This document shows positions 1 to 10,119 of a DNA stretch of 64,000 bases, piece by piece. The notes beneath the pieces were generated by a model, which did not search any database, was not told the origin of the DNA, and saw only the letters and a list, made by a program, of their open reading frames with translations. The DNA lies in assembly GCA_050950825.1 (NCBI GenBank), contig JBMNIH010000006.1, positions 32,001 to 96,000 on the forward strand, read 5' to 3'. This DNA comes from Clostridia bacterium. Lineage in GTDB: Bacteria; Bacillota; Clostridia; JAAYHZ01. Positions within the stretch are counted from its first letter, which is position 1, and each line of letters opens with the position of its first letter. A program made the position numbers and the translations under genes.

Positions 1-19
1 AGGAATAAATTCTATTCCA

Positions 20-1816
20 TTATGCGTTCTTTAAACGTTGTTCCAAAGCTTCCAATTGATCGCGGAGTTCCTTCGGCATCTTGTCACCGAATTGGGCGTA
101 ATATTGCTTAATGGATTCCACTTCTTGGAGCCATTCTTCTTTGTTAACGGCTAAAAGTTTGTCCATGGTTTCTTTGCTTACGTTCAAGCCTTCGGTGTCA
201 ATGGCATCTTCGGTAGGCATTCTTCCGATGGGTGTGTCTACATGTTTGCCCGTTCCGGTCACTTCTTCGAAGATCCATTTCAATACACGGCTGTTTTCAC
301 CGAATCCCGGCCACATAAAGTTGCCTTGTTCGTCTCTGCGGAACCAGTTCACATAGAAGAGCTTCGGCAGCTTGTCGCTCTTTTTGCCCATGTCAATCCA
401 GTGTTGCAGATAATCGCACATATGATATCCTGCGAAGGGCAGCATAGCGAAAGGATCGCGGCGAACTTGGCCGATTTTATCGGAAATCGCGGCGGCGGTG
501 ATTTCGGAACCCATGATGGAGCCCATAAATACACCGTGGTTCCAGTCAAAGCTTTCATGTACCAAAGGAATGGTGGTCTTGCGGCGGCCGCCTACTAAGA
601 AAGCGGAAATGGGCACGCCCTTCGGATCTTCCCATTCGGGAGCGATGGAAGGACATTGTCTTGCGGGAGCGGTGAAGCGGGCATTGGGATGAGCCGCTTT
701 TTCTTTGGAATCCGGTGTCCAGTCGTTTCCTTTCCAGTCGATCAAATGATCCGGAGCTTCCGTTCCGATTCCTTCCCACCATACGTCTCCGTCATCCGTT
801 AAAGCCACGTTGGTGAATATGGTGTTCTTTTCAACGGATCTCATGGCGTTGGGGTTCGAGTCATAGGATGTACCGGGTGCAACTCCGAAGAACCCTGCTT
901 CCGGATTGATGGCATAAAGACGTCCGTCTTCGCCTAACTTCATCCATGCAATGTCGTCGCCTACGGTTTCAACTTTCCAACCGGGAATGGTGGGAACCAA
1001 CATGGCCAGGTTCGTCTTTCCGCATGCGCTGGGGAATGCACCTGCCACGTAAATTTTCTTTCCTTCGGGATTGGTGATTCCTAAGATTAACATGTGTTCA
1101 GCCAACCAGCCTTCGTCGCGAGCTTGAACCGATGCGATACGAAGAGCGAAGCACTTTTTGCCTAACAAAGCGTTTCCGCCGTAACCGGAACCGTAGGACC
1201 AAATGGTTCTTTCTTCGGGGAAATGGCTGATGTATTTTCTGTCGATGCTGTTTTCGCAAGGCCATGCAACGTCCTTTTGTCCCTTTTCCAAAGGAGCGCC
1301 TACGGAGTGGAGGCATTTTACGAATTCGCCGTCATCGCCTAATGCTTTCAATACGTCATCGCCTATACGGGTCATGATTCTCATGTTGACTACAACATAA
1401 GGGCTGTCGGTGATTTCAATCCCTATTTTGGAGATAGGGGAACCGATGGGACCCATGGAGAAAGGAATAACGTACATGGTACGACCCCTCATGCAGCCTG
1501 TATATAACTCGGTCATTTCTTTCTTCAGTATGACGGGATCGATCCAGTTGTTGGTGGGACCTGCATCTTCTTTACGTTTCGACGCGATGAAGGTTCTTTC
1601 TTCAACACGGGCTACGTCGGAAGGATGGCTGCGGAACAAATAGCATCCGGGACGTTTTTCAGGGTTTAACTTGACACATGCGCCCGCCGCTTCCATTTCG
1701 TCTAAAAGGCGTTGGTTCTCTTCGTCGGAACCGTCGCACCAGTAAACGCGATCAGGCTTACACATTTCTTCAATTTCTTTTACCCATGCTAATAGTTCTT
1801 TGTGTTTTGTTTTCAT
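20..1816 (-). CDS. pckG: phosphoenolpyruvate carboxykinase (GTP)
   Basis: 598 aa; [39 protein letters not shown] and AHPNARF motifs; SD GAAGGGAG. Confidence 0.97.
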   Translation of the reverse strand: MKTKHKELLAWVKEIEEMCKPDRVYWCDGSDEENQRLLDEMEAAGACVKLNPEKRPGCYLFRSHPSDVARVEERTFIASKRKEDAGPTNNWIDPVILKKEMTELYTGCMRGRTMYVIPFSMGPIGSPISKIGIEITDSPYVVVNMRIMTRIGDDVLKALGDDGEFVKCLHSVGAPLEKGQKDVAWPCENSIDRKYISHFPEERTIWSYGSGYGGNALLGKKCFALRIASVQARDEGWLAEHMLILGITNPEGKKIYVAGAFPSACGKTNLAMLVPTIPGWKVETVGDDIAWMKLGEDGRLYAINPEAGFFGVAPGTSYDSNPNAMRSVEKNTIFTNVALTDDGDVWWEGIGTEAPDHLIDWKGNDWTPDSKEKAAHPNARFTAPARQCPSIAPEWEDPKGVPISAFLVGGRRKTTIPLVHESFDWNHGVFMGSIMGSEITAAAISDKIGQVRRDPFAMLPFAGYHMCDYLQHWIDMGKKSDKLPKLFYVNWFRRDEQGNFMWPGFGENSRVLKWIFEEVTGTGKHVDTPIGRMPTEDAIDTEGLNVSKETMDKLLAVNKEEWLQEVESIKQYYAQFGDKMPKELRDQLEALEQRLKNA

Positions 1817-2069
1817 AATTTATCTCCCTTCAAAAATATCTGTTATGAACCCTCTAATCAGTGACCCTGTCGCATTAAAGGGTGATATTTAGCTGCTAAT
1901 AATTAGAAACCCGATTGTTTATAATAATTTGTCCTGAAAAATCTATATCTATGCTAGATTAACACAAGTATACCGGAAAATCAACATCGAATCCGGAGAA
2001 CGTGAAATTTTTAACCGACATTTTACAATATTTTTATTTAAAAATTTCGTCTTATCTTTGATTTTGCAT

Positions 2070-2093
2070 AAAAAAAGGACCCCTGAGGGGGTC
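2070..2093 (-). terminator. intrinsic terminator after the L,D-transpeptidase 3' end
   Basis: GACCCC/GGGGTC stem followed by a U-run on the minus strand. Confidence 0.65.
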
Positions 2094-2145
2094 GTCTTTC
2101 TTTTTTTGCATACTTTCATGTTTCATTTTTCAAAATGTTTTTGAT

Positions 2146-4046
2146 TTATTGAAAATAGATTCCGTAGCTTGCCAAGGTGATATCGGTTCCGATTACAACC
2201 TTCATTCCGATGAAAACCTTTTCGAAGAGCTCTTCCGAGTCGCTGTTGTGCATACGGATACATCCTAAGGATACGTATTTGCCGATGCTGTTTTCATCGT
2301 TGTTTCCGTGAATCCCGTAGGTATAGCCTCCTCCGATGTCCAAACCCATCCAGCGTTTCCCTAAAGGATTATCCGGGGAGCCGCCTGCAACGTAAAATAA
2401 TGCAATTACCGGATAAGTATGAGGGGCTGCGTTGCCGGATCATAGAGCTTTTTGAAGAAAACAACAAGCGGTATGGATATCGTCGGATCCATGCCCTACT
2501 AGCACGTGAAGGCATCAGTGTTTCTGAAAAAGTTGTACGACGCATAATGATGGAATGTAGTCTGACCGTAGTCTTCAGGAAGAAACGCAAATACAATGCA
2601 TACCGGGGAGAAAAAGCACCTGCTGCCGAGAACCTGATCAAGCGCGATTTTCACGCAGACGCTCCAAACACCAAGTGGCTCACCGATATAACAGAGTTTT
2701 CGATCCCAGCCGGGAAAGTTTACCTTTCTCCGATATTGGACTGTTTTGATGGTCTAGTAGTCAGTTGGTCGATAGGGACAAGCCCTGATGCCAACCTTGT
2801 TAACAGCATGCTGGACCGTGCATTGGAAACACTTGATGACGGCTCGTGGCCGTTGATCCATTCGGACCGTGGCGGTCATTATCGCTGGCCGGGATGGCTG
2901 TCAAGAATAGAGAAATATGGTCTTAAACAATCAATGTCCAGAAAGGCCTGCCCCCAGGACAACGCAGCCTGTGAAGGATTCTTTGGCCACGTAAAAAGCG
3001 AGATGTTCTATAACAGGTCATGGAACGGAGTAAGTATAAGCGAATTCATTGATGTTTTGGATAAATATCTTGTTTGGTATAATGAGAAAAGAATCAAGTT
3101 ATCGTTGGGTGCCATGAGTCCAGTTGAGTATCGAAAAAACCTTGGATTAGCAGTATAATTAGTCCAAGATTTTGGGAGGCATCCTTCCGGCTCCGCCCCA
3201 TGCGGGATTGACCAGCTTGTTAACTACCCTAAAGCTTCCTTCGGGGGTGTAGCCTGCCAATTTCCCGGTAGCGACGGGATATGCTTTCAGAATGTTTTTT
3301 CCGTCCATATGGTACAGCATATTGCCGCTTAAATTGATAATAATCCATTCCGTTTCTTCCGGATTTTTTGTGAAAGCCACCGATACCTCCGGAATTTCCA
3401 AACGATTTTCTTTCATATCCCGGTTCATGGCACCGTATGTATTTCTACCGACAATACCGTCCGAAACCAGGTTGTTTTTCCTTTGGTAATCTCGAACCGC
3501 TTCCACGGTGGCCCAATCGTATGTAAAGTTCAAGGGTATGTTCTCGTATCCCATTGCCTTTAAGAACCTTTTGATTCTCAAAACCTCTTGGTTCGCCATC
3601 CCGTACATCAGAACCGGGCCGTTAGGGTCAAACTCCGTTACGGTTATGTCCTCCGCATTTCGGTCCTCTTCGCCTTCTTCAGGGTATGTAGCTTCTTCCT
3701 CCGTTTCTTCCTCCTCCGTCTCCTCCTCGGGTTCTTCTTCCGGTACCGTTGTATTCGGTTCCTCTATGTCAGGTTCTTTTTCCGTTTCCTTTTCTTCTAC
3801 TTCATCTACAGGCTTATCATCTATATCTTGAGAACCGCTTTCTTGCCGGTCCTCGTTGACATTTTCCGGGCTTTCCTGTTCTTCAGCGGAAGAGTCGGTA
3901 TTCGATGAAGATCCGGTTTCGTTTTCCGTGATCGCCGGATTTTGATCGTATGTACTGTCGGCAGGGTCCATGGCTTGCGTGAACAAAAGGTTCGACAAAA
4001 GCAGTACGGTTAATATAACCGTTAAAAAGCGTTTTACATATCTCAT
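2146..4046 (-). pseudogene. secreted L,D-transpeptidase (signal peptide, acidic linker, PG-binding domain, YkuD domain) interrupted by an IS3 fragment
   Basis: 4046-3174 ends ...VNPAWGGAGRMPP and 2391-2146 continues VAGGSPDNPLGKRWMGL...YGIHG...SLGCIRM (catalytic His/Cys). Joining them gives a 372-aa open frame. Confidence 0.9.
2392..3173 (+). mobile_element. IS3-family fragment (OrfB: HTH + rve integrase core, CDS 2400-3158), without OrfA or complete IRs
   Basis: YGYRRI, WLTDITEF, HSDRGGHY, DNAACEGFFG motifs; boundaries set by restoring the host frame (1-nt ambiguity). Confidence 0.9.
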
Positions 4047-4290
4047 CGATCTCTCCTCCTTCTTTAAATGTTATATAATGTAAAATTAGTTGATAATTCA
4101 TTGTATTCCGCATTAACGGAAAATGATATAAAAACTATCTACACTTATTAGACGTATCCTATCGAGAAAATGTTTCGTATGTACAAGGCTAAAATTAAAA
4201 ACCTTTCTTCCCGAAGATATGGTAAGATACAGGTAGGAAAGATCTTCCTTGTTATATCCGCAATCCTCCGGGGCAGAAAGGAGATGACCT

Positions 4291-5160
4291 ATGTCTCGAT
4301 ATTTGATTATCAACGCGGACGACTACGGCGTTTGTCCGGAAACAAACGAAGCCGTAGAAGAGGCTTTCAATAACGGCTGCTTGACTTCTTGTACGGTGAT
4401 GCCGCCGGCTTTCGCCTCCATAGACGCCATTGAACGGGCCAAAAGAAATCAAAAAATCAAAATGGGCCTTCACATCACGTTAAATAGCGAATACAAAGAC
4501 GACCCGTGGAGGAGTATCGCTCCGCCTTCCTTTGTATCTTCTTTATTGGAATCCGGCTTGTACATCCGAAGGAACACGGAGGATTTATACCGCCATGCCG
4601 TATCCGAGGAAGTGGAAACGGAAATTTTCGCCCAATATCGGTACATAGCGGATCGAGGATACAAACCGACCCATGCGGACAACCACTGCGGTACCGTTTA
4701 CGGATTTACGGGGAGGCCGTTTTACGATCCGGTGTTTTCCTTATGCAGCCGTTACAAGCTTCCTTTTCGTTTGCCGAAAAGAAAAACGTATTTGGAAACG
4801 GCTTACGGCGGAAGAATTCCGGAGCATACGGACCGACTCCACTCGGAAGCGGTGGAAAAGGCCGCCCGATTGGGAATTCCTTTGCCGGACGATTTGGTTA
4901 CCAATCACGAAGGATTAAGAGACATTCCTTCCTATGAATATTTAAAATTTTTCTATATCCGTACCGTCGTGAATTTGAAGGAAGGCATCACGGAGCTGTA
5001 TATGCACCCCTCCAAAGAAAGCAAAACCGTAAAGCTTCCCGGAGGCATAAAAAGAGTGTGGGAATACCGGGTGCTGTTAGACGACGACTTTAAAAAGACC
5101 ATTGAAAGGGAAGGAATTAATCTCGTTTCATACGATACGGCACCCTTCCGTTGCGGATGA
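4291..5160 (+). CDS. ChbG/YdjC-family carbohydrate deacetylase
   Basis: LIINADDYG, GLHITL, PTHADNH, ELYMHP motifs. Confidence 0.88.
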   Translation: MSRYLIINADDYGVCPETNEAVEEAFNNGCLTSCTVMPPAFASIDAIERAKRNQKIKMGLHITLNSEYKDDPWRSIAPPSFVSSLLESGLYIRRNTEDLYRHAVSEEVETEIFAQYRYIADRGYKPTHADNHCGTVYGFTGRPFYDPVFSLCSRYKLPFRLPKRKTYLETAYGGRIPEHTDRLHSEAVEKAARLGIPLPDDLVTNHEGLRDIPSYEYLKFFYIRTVVNLKEGITELYMHPSKESKTVKLPGGIKRVWEYRVLLDDDFKKTIEREGINLVSYDTAPFRCG

Positions 5161-5182
5161 AACGAAATATCTATGGAATATA

Positions 5183-5214
5183 TTGACTTGTATTCTCAAG
5201 AATGTTATTATGAT
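5183..5214 (+). promoter_or_regulatory. putative sigmaA promoter, probably the original promoter of the 7372 gene
   Basis: TTGACT-17-TATTAT with TG extension. Confidence 0.5.
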
Positions 5215-5482
5215 ACATGCCATATATAGGTATTTTGTATACAGAGAAAGGTAACGTAAAAGCAATATTTCCTTATACAGGAAAGGTGATTTTAGTTGTT
5301 CTTGCCTTCGGAAAGCACGCTTTATATATCCGAAGGCGACTTGGGCAACGGGTTGTGTGATATATATATATATGATTCTACTGCAAAAAGATCATTCTTA
5401 CGCTCGTAAAATTACACTAATGACATAATAAAATCCAATTTATGGTATTCAATTGCGATAAACGTCCCGAATTTGGGTATCA

Positions 5483-5517
5483 GCTACCTCGATTCGATAT
5501 CAAATCGAGGTAGTTTT
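5483..5517. terminator. strong hairpin inside the IS left end
   Basis: CTACCTCGATT/AATCGAGGTAG 11-bp stem followed by TTTT on the plus strand. Confidence 0.55.
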
Positions 5518-5570
5518 CATATGTTTTTTACCTTTTGCCTAATAAAAGGCACAATAATCCCTTTTGTTTG

Positions 5571-7157
5571 TCAAGTTGTTACTTTTGCATATCCGCCTTG
5601 CAAAAATTTGATAACTCGTTTTATGTTCTGCGCCATTGATAAGAATCCGCATACAACGGTTGATTTAATCAAACCGCGTACCTTCATATTATTCAGTCCT
5701 GTGCGTTTCAACGCCGAAACGGTTCCTTCGATTCCCGCTCTCTTACTAACGTTTTCCTTCCTGCAAGTGGCTATTTCTTCTCGTTTCCTTGCGGTTTCCA
5801 TTGCTTTTTCACTGATTCTCACCACACAGTTTTTGTTCTGTTGCTTGCTGTAGCATCTGTTAAAATGCTCGCATTGCAGACAAACATCTTTTTCGAAGTA
5901 TGCCACCAATTGTCCTTTCGCTCTAACCGATCGGAAAGGCATATGACCCGCAGGGCATTTTTCAATCAATCCCGTTTCTTCTTTTATTTCAAACTCACTC
6001 ACCGAGATCTTGTCCGACGGCTTCCGTCCGCACATGTCCGTCAAATGGATTTGGACATCATTGGCTTCCGCGGCTTTGTATACATCTTCCGAGTGAAAAC
6101 CTCCGTCTATGTACATGTCGGTACATCCGGTGTTTTCTTTGACCTTTCGGATTCGCCCGCTTAATATTTCTTTGTCGCTTACAATGTTGGGCTTAACGGC
6201 GTAATCGGTAATCAATTGAACTTTGTTGTCTTTCGAGCAGGTTTCCGATACCTCAAGTACATAGCCGCTTTGCCCTTTATTGCCTTTCTTTCGATAGGTG
6301 GCGTCCTCGTCATAGGCGGATTGAAGCGAATCGGACGAGATTTCTTTGCTCTTCTTCGGTACAAGGTTACCGTTTTTATCGGTCTCCGACTGTTCTTTGA
6401 TGAACCGTTCCGGTATGCGAACTTCGTCCGATTCTTTCTTGTCGGGCAGTTCCTTCAATATCTTGAGAGCTTCCGCGCTCATAGACAAAAGCGTCGTAAG
6501 CCTGCTTTCCGTATCGACGGTTCTTACCTTATGCAGCATTTCGGTTTTGAAATCCTTTTCAAGAACCTTCCCCATTGATTCGGGTCTTTGTTCTTTCGGA
6601 ATGGCTTTTACCCCTTTCTCCAATACGTCGTAAGCCAATGCCAATCGACCCGCTTTCTTGATATTGCTTACGAACATGGTCGTATCGGTTCTTTGTTCGT
6701 CGAGCGAGGTTCCCGTCAGTTTCGCAAAATTCCTCAGTAACTCTATGAATTGACCGAATAAGAGGTTTTCGTCCTCGGGATGCTCCGTCAAATATTCATA
6801 TACTCTTTCCCGAAAGTAATACAGCGTTCTTTCCGATATGTAAATCTCGCCAAGCGTTTTCCCTCCGACGGCATAAGTCGTTTGATAATCAAGATATAGG
6901 GAATCCAAAAGATCTTGATCATTCAGATCTTTCATATACTTGATATATTCCAAAGACAGCAATATATTCACAGGTGTATTCGGTCTGCCTGTCTTGCTGT
7001 ACAATTTCGCAAAAGGTTCTTCGTTGATATGGCAAAATACATGTTCATAGAATACAGGTGCCCAAGATTTTTTAAATCTTTCGCGTGCTTTTTCATGCAT
7101 CCAATCGAGACTTGAGAAAATCGGTTGTTGTTTATGTGAATCGTTTGCTCTGAACAT
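5571..7157 (-). CDS. DDE transposase (IS1182/IS5-like)
   Basis: GRPNTP, RTDTTM, DEDATYRKK, YIDGGF, CPAGH, CxxC and RAGIEGT motifs; likely start MFRAND at 7157. Confidence 0.9.
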   Translation of the reverse strand: MFRANDSHKQQPIFSSLDWMHEKARERFKKSWAPVFYEHVFCHINEEPFAKLYSKTGRPNTPVNILLSLEYIKYMKDLNDQDLLDSLYLDYQTTYAVGGKTLGEIYISERTLYYFRERVYEYLTEHPEDENLLFGQFIELLRNFAKLTGTSLDEQRTDTTMFVSNIKKAGRLALAYDVLEKGVKAIPKEQRPESMGKVLEKDFKTEMLHKVRTVDTESRLTTLLSMSAEALKILKELPDKKESDEVRIPERFIKEQSETDKNGNLVPKKSKEISSDSLQSAYDEDATYRKKGNKGQSGYVLEVSETCSKDNKVQLITDYAVKPNIVSDKEILSGRIRKVKENTGCTDMYIDGGFHSEDVYKAAEANDVQIHLTDMCGRKPSDKISVSEFEIKEETGLIEKCPAGHMPFRSVRAKGQLVAYFEKDVCLQCEHFNRCYSKQQNKNCVVRISEKAMETARKREEIATCRKENVSKRAGIEGTVSALKRTGLNNMKVRGLIKSTVVCGFLSMAQNIKRVIKFLQGGYAKVTT

Positions 7158-7371
7158 AAAATATATCTCCGGAAAATTCAAAATATGGATTAATGAAACA
7201 TATCTATTTTACCATAAAACCTGCCTCAAGTCTAGTATTTTCAAGTGTTTCGAGGCTTTTTAATAGCCTTTTATGAAATTTTCTAGGTACATAAAATGTA
7301 TAGATTTACTTGAGTTTTTGCAGTAGAATCATATATAATTACTATATATATAAAAATAAGGAGGTAGAGAA

Positions 7372-9990
7372 ATGTATAAGCGAAATTTTCGTCTTGTTTG
7401 CATGCTTTTGGTTATTATCGGTCTCATGTTTTCCATGATTGCATGCTCGGGCTCCGAAGGTGAGCAGGAAGAAACGACGACAACGGGAGCCGTTACCACA
7501 ACGAAAGCGGAAACCACGACAAAGGCCGAAACAACGACGAAAGCGGAAACAACAAAAGCGGAAACAACCACGGCACCTGCTAAAAGCGATGCGAAGGAGT
7601 TGTTTGTCAAAGCGAACCACACCGGAGCCGACGGTGCCGACAATACGTATAAAACGATCGGTGCCGCAATCAAGGCGGCCGGCGAAGGCGTTACCATAAC
7701 GGTATCGGCCGGTACATACGAAGAAAAGCTTACGATTTCCACTAAGGGTCTTATCCTAAAAGCGGAAAAAGGTGCCGAGCAAACCGTTATAAAAGGCGAT
7801 ATTGAAATTACGGCCAATAACGTAACGGTAGAAGGCTTCACGATTGACGGTCTTGGCGGCGGACGCTGCTTGAAGGTAACAAACGGAAACAACGCCGTTA
7901 TTAAAAACAACATCTTCAAGAACAGCTTAAGAGGAGTCCAAGGAGCCGACGGATCCAGCGCCAATGTAAAAATTACGGACAACATCTTTGAAACCCAATA
8001 CGGTCTTGCAGGTTCTCAGCCCTTCTCCAAAGCTACCGTTACAGGCAACACCTTTAACTGCTCCGACGAAGCGGTGGGTATCGGCGAAGGCTTCTCTGCG
8101 GTTGACGGTTCCGATATTATCGATTACTTGAAGAAGAACAATACCGTTGTTGCGGGCAGTGCTCCCATGAAAGATTACAGAGTAAGTCCTCCCGCCATCG
8201 TAGAGCAGGATATGATGGCTACCAATGAAACCCAAAACAAAGGGTACGCCACCTTGGCCGATGCGTTGAAGGAAGCCAAGGAAAACGACGTCATTGCGGT
8301 GGCTGCCGGAACCTTTGAAATCGGGTCGGTTAAGATTGCGGCAAAAGGCGTAACCTTAAAAGGCGCGGAAGGAGCGGAAAAGACCGTCGTAAAAGGAAGT
8401 ATTGAAATCGCCGCTAACAACGTAACCGTTGAAGGCTTGACCATTGACGGCCTCGGCGGAGAACGCTGCATTAAGGTATCGAGCGCAAGCGATGCGGTCA
8501 TTCAAAAGAATATTTTGAAAAACTGCTTGAGAGGTATACACGGTCTTGACGGGTCCAGCCCCAACATCAAGATTTTGGACAACGTTATCGAAGTTCAATA
8601 CGGTATTGCAGGCTCGGAACCCTTCTCCAAAGCCACCATTAAAGGCAACACCTTTAACTGCTCCGACGAAGCCATCGGTATCGGCAGCACCCTCTCGGCG
8701 GTGGACGATTCCGATATCATCGAGTACTTAAAGAATAACAATACCTTCACAAGAGGCAGCGCGCCTATTCGCGATTACCGCGTAAGCCCGGCCGTTGACG
8801 TGAAGGTTGTAGATGCGGCCGTCACCAACGAAACCCAAAAGAAGGAATACGATACCTTGGCCGATGCGTTGAAGGAAGCCAAGGAAAACGACGTCATTGC
8901 GGTGGCTGCCGGAACCTTTGAAATCGGGTCGGTTAAGATTGCGGCGAAAGGCGTAACCTTAAAAGGCGCGGAAGGAGCGGAAAAGACCGTCGTAAAAGGA
9001 AGTATTGAAATCGCCGCTAACAACGTAACCGTTGAAGGCTTGACCATTGACGGCCTCGGCGGAGAACGCTGCATTAAGGTATCGAGCGCAAGCGATGCGG
9101 TCATTCAAAAGAATATTTTGAAAAACTGCTTAAGAGGTATACACGGCCTTGACGGGTCCAGCCCCAACATCAAGATTTTGGACAACGTTATCGAAGTTCA
9201 ATACGGTATTGCAGGCTCGGAACCCTTCTCCAAAGCCACCATTAAAGGCAACACCTTTAACTGCTCCGACGAAGCCATCGGTATCGGCAGCACCCTCTCG
9301 GCGGTAGACGATTCCGATATCATCGAATACTTGAAAAACAACAATACCTTCGCAAAAGGCAGCGCGCCTATTCGCGATTACCGTGTAAGCCCGGCCGTCG
9401 ACGTGAAGGTGAATGATGCGGCCGTCACCAACGAAACCCAAAAGAAGGATTATGATACCTTGGCCGATGCCTTGAAGGAAGCCAAAGAAAACGACGTCAT
9501 TTCCATCGCCGCCGGAACGTATGAAATCGGTGCGGTGAAGGTTTCGGTTAAAGGAGTGACCGTAAAAGGTGCGCAAGGTGCGGAAAATACCGTCCTGAAA
9601 GGGGATATCGAAATCACCGTAGATAACGTAACCGTTGAGGGCTTGACCATTGACGGCTTAAACGGCGGACGCTGCTTGAAGGTGACCAACGGAAACAACG
9701 CCGTTATCAAAAACAACATCTTCAAAAACAGCTTAAGAGGAGTCCAAGGTGCCGACGGGGCCAGTGCCAACGTACAAATTGTGGACAACCTTTTCGAAAC
9801 CCAATACGGGATCGCAGGCACCGAGCCCTTCTCCAAAGCTACGATCAAAGGCAATACCTTTAACTGCTCCGACGAAGCCGTAGGCGTAGGCACGGGATTC
9901 AGCATCGACGGCGCTGATGATATTGTAAAATACTTAAACGACAACAACACCATCCAAGGTGCAGGAAAAGTCGTGGATTACAGGAAATAA
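7372..9990 (+). CDS. lipoprotein with Thr/Lys/Ala/Glu linker and four ~200-aa right-handed beta-helix modules
   Basis: Lipobox MIAC; four modules with TI/TL-xxA-xxxA, AGT(Y/F)E, NVTVEG(F/L)TIDG and Asn-ladder repeats; SD AAGGAGGT. Confidence 0.85.
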   Translation: MYKRNFRLVCMLLVIIGLMFSMIACSGSEGEQEETTTTGAVTTTKAETTTKAETTTKAETTKAETTTAPAKSDAKELFVKANHTGADGADNTYKTIGAAIKAAGEGVTITVSAGTYEEKLTISTKGLILKAEKGAEQTVIKGDIEITANNVTVEGFTIDGLGGGRCLKVTNGNNAVIKNNIFKNSLRGVQGADGSSANVKITDNIFETQYGLAGSQPFSKATVTGNTFNCSDEAVGIGEGFSAVDGSDIIDYLKKNNTVVAGSAPMKDYRVSPPAIVEQDMMATNETQNKGYATLADALKEAKENDVIAVAAGTFEIGSVKIAAKGVTLKGAEGAEKTVVKGSIEIAANNVTVEGLTIDGLGGERCIKVSSASDAVIQKNILKNCLRGIHGLDGSSPNIKILDNVIEVQYGIAGSEPFSKATIKGNTFNCSDEAIGIGSTLSAVDDSDIIEYLKNNNTFTRGSAPIRDYRVSPAVDVKVVDAAVTNETQKKEYDTLADALKEAKENDVIAVAAGTFEIGSVKIAAKGVTLKGAEGAEKTVVKGSIEIAANNVTVEGLTIDGLGGERCIKVSSASDAVIQKNILKNCLRGIHGLDGSSPNIKILDNVIEVQYGIAGSEPFSKATIKGNTFNCSDEAIGIGSTLSAVDDSDIIEYLKNNNTFAKGSAPIRDYRVSPAVDVKVNDAAVTNETQKKDYDTLADALKEAKENDVISIAAGTYEIGAVKVSVKGVTVKGAQGAENTVLKGDIEITVDNVTVEGLTIDGLNGGRCLKVTNGNNAVIKNNIFKNSLRGVQGADGASANVQIVDNLFETQYGIAGTEPFSKATIKGNTFNCSDEAVGVGTGFSIDGADDIVKYLNDNNTIQGAGKVVDYRK
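7495..7572 (+). repeat. imperfect 18-bp coding tandem repeat (TTTKAE)
   Basis: About 4 copies in the lipoprotein linker. Confidence 0.85.
8221..9500 (+). repeat. 603-bp near-identical tandem duplication (modules 2 and 3, start of 4)
   Basis: ACCAAyGAAACCCAAAA recurs at 8221, 8824 and 9427; differences are mostly synonymous. Confidence 0.95.
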
Positions 9991-10004
9991 CGGATAAGAA
10001 CGAT

Positions 10005-10035
10005 AAGCTCGGAAGGAACCTTCCGGGCTTTCTTC
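10005..10035 (+). terminator. intrinsic terminator
   Basis: AAGCTCGGAAG/CTTCCGGGCTT stem plus U-tract. Confidence 0.75.
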
Positions 10036-10119
10036 ATTTTATCGGGCTTTCGATTAGACTTTCGAGTATAGACGGGTATATAATAAAAGAAAAGAGAAGC
10101 GAAGCCGGAGGAGGAGCGT

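Larger units (their letters stand above)
5374..7330 (-). mobile_element. complete IS1182-like insertion sequence, 1957 bp
   Basis: Perfect 16-bp IRs GATTCTACTGCAAAAA (5374-5389) and TTTTTGCAGTAGAATC (7315-7330); ATATAT on both flanks; one transposase. Confidence 0.92.

Noticed and set aside
2392-3173. Insert as a self-splicing intron or IStron
   Set aside because: Almost all of it is OrfB coding sequence, leaving no room for a ribozyme core, and it is antisense to the host gene
5360-5373. (TA)n tract as a phase-variation switch in its own right
   Set aside because: Short, and partly produced by the IS target duplication
7495-7572. 18-bp repeats as a mini-CRISPR
   Set aside because: No spacers; they encode a TTTKAE linker
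8221-9500. 603-bp repeat as a diversity-generating retroelement TR/VR pair
   Set aside because: Both copies are in one frame, differences are mostly synonymous and not adenine-specific, and there is no RT gene
7329-9953. Long antisense ORFs over the lipoprotein (and similar ones over the lyases and glgB)
   Set aside because: Shadow frames from codon bias; no SD or recognisable motifs
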